In this document: positions 41,701 to 50,700 of the stretch, piece after piece | How the letters are laid out: each line of letters starts with the position of its first letter | Numbering within the stretch: the first letter of the stretch is position 1 | DNA from: Nageia nagi | Taxonomy: Eukaryota; Plantae; Pinophyta | Reading direction: 5' to 3' | Length of the DNA stretch: 64,000 nt | NCBI GenBank assembly: GCA_050084985.1 | Contig: JBITNC010000001.1 | Coordinates: 64,418,001-64,482,000 of the forward strand | Position numbers and translations under genes: made by a program | The notes under the pieces: generated by a model | Database searches by the model: none | What the model saw: only the letters and a program-made list of their open reading frames with translations | What the model was told of the DNA's origin: nothing

Positions 41701-44700
41701 TGGGTACGAAGAATGGAATCATGGACCTCAGAAGGGCAAGCCTCATCTCTCATCCGTTCAAACACTTGCAGAAAAAGATAGATCTCCCACAAGGTTTGAA
41801 CTGGAGTGGCATATGCCTAAATTTGAACCTTGGTACATCATCATCCAATTCTGACAAATATGGATTGAGTAGCACGTTAGAGTTTGATGAAGAGATGAAT
41901 CTCAGTGCAATCATCGACATCAACATGGAAGTAAACCAAGATATTGGCTTTGATAGGTTCGACACTGATCATTCAATAAAGATCCTTGATGAAGACAATC
42001 TCTCGATTGATATGGTTGTACAACAAGCAGCAGGAGTAGTCACTCCAAAATCCGCTCCTCAGAAATAGGCATCACAAATGCCACCACCTTAGAGGACTGC
42101 ATCAAAATCAACATAGAAGGGTACATCAAGACCCAGGACAATGGCATCATCTTCAAGGGGAGATGATGGAAATCAAGAAGACAAAGGAGAAAACGTAGAC
42201 CAAAGAAGACAAACAAGACAAGTAGAGCACGATGTTGAAATCATCGAATACGAAGAGATGTTTCCTTACAGAAATCCACCTATGGAACCATGCTTCGATA
42301 TGGTTGTAGTGATGACAAATTGGAGTTGAAATCATCCCTACGAAGGAGAAGATTTTGAAGATGAAAATGAGGAACTTCAGCATATTGATGCTCTCACCAC
42401 CACTGTAGGTAAAGTCACCTACAAGGACAAGCTCTACTCAAGAAAGAACAAGGCTAGTACTAGAAAGTTTGCCCTCATAGTTGAGACAGAAGAGGCCCTT
42501 GCAAAGATTGTTGGCCCATTGTGAATGGAGCATAGCATCATCACAAATGCACTGGCATTAAGGGAATCTGGTACCTTGTTAAAATTAGAGATCCGGGAAT
42601 TAACGAAAAAAGTGGCTAGTCAGGAAATGATTGCTAAAGAAGTCAAGGTTGCTAATTTGACAGTTGAAGATATCAAAAAGCAAGTTGACTTGAACACTGG
42701 AATCACCGCCTTTAAACAAGAATGGACCAAGGATCTTATTGATGCTATTAAAGCACTCCACTCAAGTATGACAAATTTTTATATTGAAGCGGAGGGTTCA
42801 CATTCTCAGGCGCAAAGATAAGACCAGCTGATCATTAGATGGAAGAATGGATACCCCACAATGTTTGATCTACAGAGAAGGGCTTCCCATCATCCGGTCG
42901 TGCTAGATTTTTGCATAGATTGGTTCCAACTGTATAATTATCTGTTCTACATCAAAGTCAAATCCATCGACTTCATATACACTAGGGCTCAACTCAAAGC
43001 CGTTATTAGTGAGCAAGCAAGGGAATACGAATTCCAGGTACCTTTGTTTGAGGAAAACGACAACATCAAGGAGTATATGACGGTGATGACAACAATCCAT
43101 GCCACTATTGCAGAGTAGTTATGTCCCGATGATCTACATAGCCTGAAAATAGCGAAACAAATGAAAGGAGGAGTTAGACTTGCCGCATGGTGCAAGGAAA
43201 TGGTCAAAACCAATAAGGCCATCCTGCTACCAAACAAAGGAATCCTCCAGACTATCCATCAGGCCATTCGGAACCTAGAAATGTTCATGGAAGATGATTT
43301 GGAACTAAAATCACAACAAATGTACAAGCTATCTTCCCATTGTCACTAGAATAGAAGGGTCTATTTTGGCAAATTTTTTATATGTAAGCCAAATTTTGGC
43401 AAACTTAGTGGATTTCCACTAAGTCCAATTGTAATCTCAATTAGCATTTCCAATTAGCTTGTAAATAGTTGATAATGTTGCAATTAGGGATTAGGGTTTT
43501 GAAACTCATTTTTAGGGTTTCAAAAGTCACTTTTAGGGTTCCTAAAATTCTAAGTAAGAGACCAAGGGTTTCATTTTTGTAAGGACTTCATTTTGAAGCA
43601 AACACTTCATTCTTGAAGAAAGAAATTTTTGAGAAGTGAGAGCATATTGTAAATCTTTGCACCTCCTTTTTCAAGAACTAATACAAAGTGGTTATGCAAA
43701 GACTTGAGTTTGATATTTTTCATATTGGTGTTATGGATTGAATCTTGAGGACGTTCATAGTTGGTTTGTGCACTTTTGTTTTATTCCTTTGAAACTTTTG
43801 AGTTTTAGGGAAGTTATCTCTGAACTAATTTAAAAAGTGGTTGAAGCTTACCTATGCTTGTTGCTTGGTCCTTAACATACAAGTTGATTGGGTATTCTAT
43901 GTCAGTTTCTACTTTTATGACATCTTGTTAGGTCCTTTATCCAAAACCATGACCTTTTCACCTTGAAACTTTCCATTTCCATTCATTTGATGTTCCTCCC
44001 TGCTCCTCTTTGAAGCAATTCGAATGTGAAGTTGTTTGCTGTCAAGGTTGGATGAATGGGATGAAGAGTCCTTAACCGATTCGGAAGAGATCAACTCTTA
44101 GATACTTTCCTATCAGTGAACCTCCAACTCATATCCGACCAAGTATCCGTTCCTTCTCCAAGGTGTTGTCCTTCACCTTTTACTGTATTTCCTTTATGCT
44201 TTCATACCCAAATACAATTGTTAAGTCCACACACAAATGTTATGAATAAACTCTATACATCAATAAAATAATGTTGGTTAACAAATTGCTACCTCTCATT
44301 CCATTCCATTGAGGCTGATTGCAAAGAGGCATACCACACTTTCTTTTATCTATCCCTATACTAGAAACACGCTTGACAAGCATACCTACAACGTCAGAAT
44401 GTTGAGTTGTTGAGTAGGGTGTTTCAACAAGAGCCTTGGAGGTATAAAGTCCTTTTCAAATGGGGAATTTGGTCACGCATTCCCGACTATGTTGCTTGGG
44501 ATCTCCTAAGTTTCGCTAGTGATTTTCAGAGAGTTTCCACAGTAAAGAAAAGCATCTCAACACCACACATAAACAAACAAGTAGGATGTCATTACCTTTC
44601 TTCATGTGGTAAAGAGTAGGCTCACTCTTGCTCCTTGTGAAACCATATTGATGAAAATGTCCATCAATCCTTGAATACCAAGCTCTTGGAGCTTGTTTGA

Positions 44701-47700
44701 GGCCACATAAGGCCTTCTTCAACCTATACACAAGATGCTCTTTGCCTTTTATTTCAAATCCTTAGGTTTGTTCAACAAAAATCTCTTCATCCAAATAGCC
44801 ATTCAAGAATGCATCTTTTACATCCATGAAATGTATTTCCAAACCTTTATGGGCAGCCAAAGAAAGAACCAATCTTATTGTCTCTTTTCTTACCACTGGA
44901 GAAAAGGTTTTCTCATAATCAATACCATACCTTTGTGTGAAGCCCTGTGGTACAAGCCTTACTGTTGATTAGGATTGTGTAATATATGCGCCGTGAACAA
45001 TCTTAACCAAAGTAAATCAAGAACAGACTATAGTGACAGTCTGATCTCCGGAGAAGGCCGGTTCCTTATCTATTGGGCGTAGAAAAAGTAACAGGAAAGG
45101 AAATAAAAAGGAGTAGAGTGCGAGGAATTTAAGCAAAAGGGTTAGGGTAACCAGAGAGAAAGCAAAGTAACAGGAAAGGAAATAAAAAGGAGCAGAGTGC
45201 GAGGAATTTAAGCAAAAGGGTTAGGGTAACAAGGGAGAAAGCAAAGTAACAGGAAAGTAACAAGAGGAAAAAGTAACAGGAAAGGAAATAAAAAGGAGTA
45301 GAGTGCGAGGAATTTAAGCAAAAAGGCTTAGGGTAACAAGAGAGAAAGCAAAGGTGGATCACTAGTTCAGCGAGGGCTTTCACAATTTGTGAAACCTTGG
45401 TCTGAATCTAGTGTAGCAGCTACAGTACAAGCTCTCACTCTCTAATAGTTTCCCAGCTTTACTCTACCATGTAGCAGACACAGTTATACTAGCAACTCGC
45501 AATTATCATTCAGGAAACAAGCCAAGCTGCCACGATGTAACCAAATTAAGAATGACAATTACAAGTGCTAGACAAGAAAGGTCAAGATGGTATCATATTA
45601 CTGATAAAAACTACAGGTCTTCGAGAACAAATGTAAAGAGCAATACTAGGCTTCCAACCCTTCTTTCACTTTATTTTCATATACTTATACTGCAGTAACA
45701 ACAGTTACAAGAATTGCAGAACAGAAACGTTTACAAAAATGGCTTCAAGATTCTAGCCTTCTTTTAACTGATACTACCTACATACGCCACTTGGCAGAAT
45801 ATTACAAAAACGGGGCAGATTGCAGATGATACGACTTCTTGACAACTGTGATCTGACCTTTTGCTGGCATCGTCTTTACCGCGATGTTCTATTTACTGGC
45901 TTCGGCTATTCGATCCCCCTTTACTGACCTCATCTCTACATTCCGGAATGCTCTACTCACCGGCTCCGGCTATTCGATCACTCCTCGCTGGCCTCATCAC
46001 TTCCGGGACCCGGTTTCATTCAAAAATGTGAACATCGTTCTCCTCGTGACGTCATCTCTTACCTCCGGAATGTTTTACTCACTGGCTCCGGCTATTTGAT
46101 CGCTCCTTGCTGACCTCATCACTTCCGGGCTCCGGTTTTGGGTTAAGGCCCGAAATCGCTGACGTCATCTCTTGCGGAACGCTTTATTTACTGACCCCGG
46201 CTTCTCAATTCCCCTTGCTGACCTCATCATCTCCAGAACCCGGTCTTTACCAAAACGTGACTGTCTTATCCTCCGCGACATCATCATTTTATTCCGGAAC
46301 GCTTTACTTCCGGAACACTTAATTTACAGGCTCCGGCTTCTTCGATTATCTCTTGCTGACCTCACCTCCGGAACTCGGGCTTTTCCACAACTGAGCGTCA
46401 TCCTTTCTTCTGTGACGTCATCATTTCATTCCGGAACGCTTTATCTACTGACTCCGGCCTGTTTTGTTTGCTCCAAAAAAACTCTCGGGGATCTTAAAAT
46501 GAACTCATGATTGCAAGTAAGGTACACCGGGGCTTTAATAAAGAATTTATTATGTATGAATATACACTTACCTTTTATCTTTCGATACTCTCATTACTAT
46601 TATACTTGGTCTTGTAAACCCATTTGCAGCCGACACATTTTTTGCCTTTTGGAAGCTCGACTAGCTCTTAAGTGTCATTTTTCTTGATGGAAGTGATTTT
46701 CTCTTCCATGGTTTTCATTCACAAATCATTAGTGCATGCTTGTTCATAACTAGATGGATCTATCTCAACACGAGTCATCAAAGCATAGTTAACAACATCA
46801 CCTTTGGGCTCATTGTTATCTTCATCTCCATACATCTTCAAGTTTTCAAGTCTTTTCACAACTTGATCAATCTCACTTGCTTGGCTCCATGTAAATCTTC
46901 TTTGGAAATTTGTATCCAACATTTGATAGGCTGGATGGTTTTGGAGTGTTCTTCTTCCTTTTCTTACAACACTTGGAGAATCTTCATCCATTCGAGTTAA
47001 TGGATGACTTGGAGAGAAACTTGTAGAAGAACTCTTTGTTGGTCTTGGAAGTGAAGGACTTTGCTTGCTGGTTTGATCATTGGGCAGCACATTTGAGGAA
47101 TTCTCACCATTGGATCCATCATCAACATAAAGTTTTTGATGACCCCAAGCTCCCCCTTCATCAAAAATTACTTCTCCAAACAATACATTTTTTCGTTTTT
47201 TTGGGATTATAGAGCTTATAGGCTTTTGTAGACTCACAATACCCAAGAAAAATACATGCTTCACTTTTGGGATAAAGTTTCCTTCTATTTTCATCATGTA
47301 CATGAGCAAGAGCTAAACATCCAAAAACCCTAAAATTATTTACATTTGGTTTCTTGCCATACCATGCCTCATAAGGAGTGATGCCATCCAAGCTTGATGT
47401 AGGACTCCTATTCAAGATGTAGACTAGTGTTCTCACAACATCAACCCAATACATATTGCTTAATCTCTTTGTTTGAAGTATGCTCCTTGCCATCTCAACA
47501 ATGGTTTTGTTCTTTCTCTACGCTACACCATTTTCTCATGGAGTATAGGCAATTGTGAATTGCCTTTTGATTCCACAAACTTTACAAAATTTGAGAAATT
47601 CATTGGAACAAAATTCACCTCCTCTATCACTCCTTAAGCATTTTACATAACATTCACTTTGCTTTTCAACATGATTTTTGAAATTCTTAAAACAATCAAA

Positions 47701-50700
47701 GGCCTCGTCTTTGAATTTCAAGAAATAAATTCAACACATTCTTGAAAAATCATCTATAAAAATAAGAAATTACGAATTCTTACCCAAACTCTTAGTTTGC
47801 ATTGGCCCACATATGTCGGAATGTACCAATTGGACTGGATAGAAGGCTCTCCATGTTTTTCCTCGTGGAAATTTCATTCTTGAGTGCTTTCCCAAAGCAC
47901 AACCTTCACACACACTTGTGTGGTCTTCAACCTTGGGCAGCCCATATACCATTTCTTGAGATGTCAACAATCTCAAACTAGTGAATTTCAAATGACCATA
48001 TCTCAAATGCCAAAGCCAAATCTTGTTTTCAATGGCAACATTTGCAAGTTGGGCACCTTGTCCTCCAAATTTTAGAGGAAACAATCTATTCTTGGTCATA
48101 GGGACTGTTGTGACCAGTCTATTACCATGATTCTTATAAAAAATCACACATTTGCCATCTTCAAATACAAGTTTATAATTCTTTTCCATGATTTGGTTTA
48201 CACTCAAGAAATTGTGCTTGAGATTTGGAATGTAGTAAATATTGTTTACCTTCTTGGTGCCTTCATTTGTGTTCACCTCCATGGCTCCAATGCCTTTAAC
48301 TTGCAATGCTTTGTCATCTCCAAGCTTGATCTTGGACTTGTATGAGTTGTCAATTGTAGCAAACTAACCCCCCTTGCCGGTCATGTGGTTGAAGCAACCG
48401 TATCAAGAATCCATGTCTCATTTAGATTTTGATCAGAGTTGCCATATTTCAGAAACAAGTTGGAGGATCCTTCTTCCTTACCATAATGGGCACTACTTCT
48501 CCCTTCTTGAGAAGCCTTCAGTCTACACTCCCTCCCATAGTGACCAAACTTGTTACAACAGTAACATTGTTCGTTTTGTTTTTCACCTCTACCTCTTCCT
48601 CTTCCATAAGCACCTCTTGTTCTTCCTCTTCCTCTCCCTCTTGAAGGAGATTGGCCTCTCCCTTGTCCATTGGCACCAGCTTCACCCTTTTTTGCAAAAG
48701 CCTTGTCTTCAACACCTCCAACATTTGAAGATGTAGAGTCTTCGAGCCTTTCTTCATGAGACATTAATGAACCAATGAGTTGATTATAATCAAGAGTGGA
48801 AAGATCCTTGGACTTTTCAATTATGATGGCAACATGGTTCCATTTTGGAAGAAGTGTTCTGAACACTTTCTTCACAACAACTTCACTCTTCACTTCTCCA
48901 AGAGTTTTTATCTTGTCCACACAAGCCTTCACTCTTACACAGAACTCACCCACATTTTCTTCTTCTTACATTTTGGGATTTTCAAAATCTCTCTTCAAAG
49001 TCTAAAGCCTCACTTGCTTCGCTTGTGTGCTCTCCCTTGATATCTATCCTTTAAGGCTTTCCAAGCATCTTGGGCTGATGTGCATGAAACAATTGCTTTT
49101 CTCCAATTTAGACTGAAGATGATAGAGTACAAGCCTATTTTTCTTTTGAGCCACCTTTCTTAAGTTCCTTGCATTGACAACCAATGCATTCCAATCAGTG
49201 GGTTCACTGTAGAGTTTTCCCATGAGTAGAGTTTTTATTTTTATACTCCAATACCTAAGTTACTAGTTCTGGTTCTAGTTTGGGTTCAGCGGTATGCCGG
49301 TTTGACAAAATAAATTTTTTGGGGGGGGGGGGTTTGGTTCGTTTGGGTTCTTCCATACAAAAATATGTAAAAATCATCAATTTTTATATATGTGCAGCCT
49401 AGAAGCATGAAATTAAGATTAGAGAATCACATAGCATCGTATAAACAACAAAACAACCATAAACTTGAATGTCATTTAAAACATCATACATGCATGATAA
49501 ATATTAAATATTCATCGTTCAAACTTAAAGTTCAATATTAAAATAATAATATGTAGTTCAAGAACTAGTTTAATCATCAAGTGGATTTTCTAAATCAACA
49601 ATATCATCATCATCATTGACATTAGATGATGTAGGAATATTAGATGAACCACAACCAGTGCAAATGAGTAGAAATATTAGATGATTTTCTTGGCAGGCAA
49701 TGAACACTTGCAAATGAGTAGGAATGGCAATATAATCCTCACAAAAGCTTCAAGGATCACTCTTCAACTTCCATTGTTGATCCAACAAGAAAAAACCAAT
49801 GCTCAGCCTCTTGGAATAAAAGTAGTTGTTTGCAAGAGAAATGAACAAGAATGAAGTAGTTTAGAGGTTTCATGTGCTGTAGAGGTCACTTTTAGGGTGT
49901 ACATGGAATTTGTCAAAGTCAAATAAAAAAACATTAAAAAAGTGCAAAATATCTCCCTTTCCTCCTTGGGTTCTGTCTGGATTCTTTTGGGTTCTCTCCG
50001 AATTCTCTTCGGGTTCTCCTGGGGCGAACCGGGGAGGATTTTTCCGAATCCTGACCGAACCCATATGCGAACCGAACCTGATCCCGAAAATGGGGTGAAC
50101 CGAACCTGAACCCAGGGCCTGCATAGGCGAACCGAACCTGAACCCAGGGCCTGCATAGGCGAACCTGGTAACTTAGTCAATACTCATAGTCCTCTCCATT
50201 GAACTCTGGAATGGACAGAGAGTTGTTGTTTGCAACCATTTTAGAATGCACGACAAAAACAAGTTTGGATCTCACACTTACAAGAATTTGATAAATTCAT
50301 ACAATGCACCCACAAGCACTCTCAATCCCAAAAAACATCACATCTTGGTCTGATTCCAGAATGAGAATAATATTCTGGTTACTCTATAGAAAAACGAAGT
50401 GTTTACATGCTTTTATAGTTCTTGGACAGAACTAGAATAGACATAGGCTGCTGAGAAAAATATTTTCAAGAGTTATTACAATCCAATCTAAAATTTAATA
50501 GACCAACTAAAAACAGATTCAAATCCTATTGAAAATCACACCAGACTTAGTAGATTACATTCCTACGAATACAAGACAGTTGAAACCAAAAACCAAACAT
50601 AGACTGGTGGTTAAACATTGACATTGACCAAACAAGCTAAAACTGGAAAATACTGTCGAAACGTGCATCCTCTGAAGAAACATGCCCATGTTTGAGAAAC

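Larger units (their letters stand above)
33071..44562 (+). mobile_element. Giant solo-LTR-like insertion: partial copy (33071..36710) followed head-to-tail by a complete ~7.85-kb copy (36711..44562)
   Basis: TGTTG...CAACA termini; TSD CCACA (33066-33070, 44563-44567) inside the Copia RT (C/Y)VDD codons; second TGTTGTGC..GCACAACAC start at 36711; no PBS, PPT or gag-pol seen. Confidence 0.85.

Noticed and set aside
43485-43545. TTAGGG/TTTAGGG motifs as interstitial telomere
   Set aside because: Only a few dispersed units, common within plant LTRs.
45085-45350. 79-bp repeats as a CRISPR-like array
   Set aside because: These are head-to-tail repeats without unique spacers inside a plant LTR, with no cas genes.
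46567-46635. Extending the solo LTR to CGACA at 46635 (apparent TGTTG/CGACA inverted ends)
   Set aside because: 46572..46635 translates on the minus strand as Copia RT ([13 protein letters not shown]); the CTTAC TSD fixes the end at 46566.
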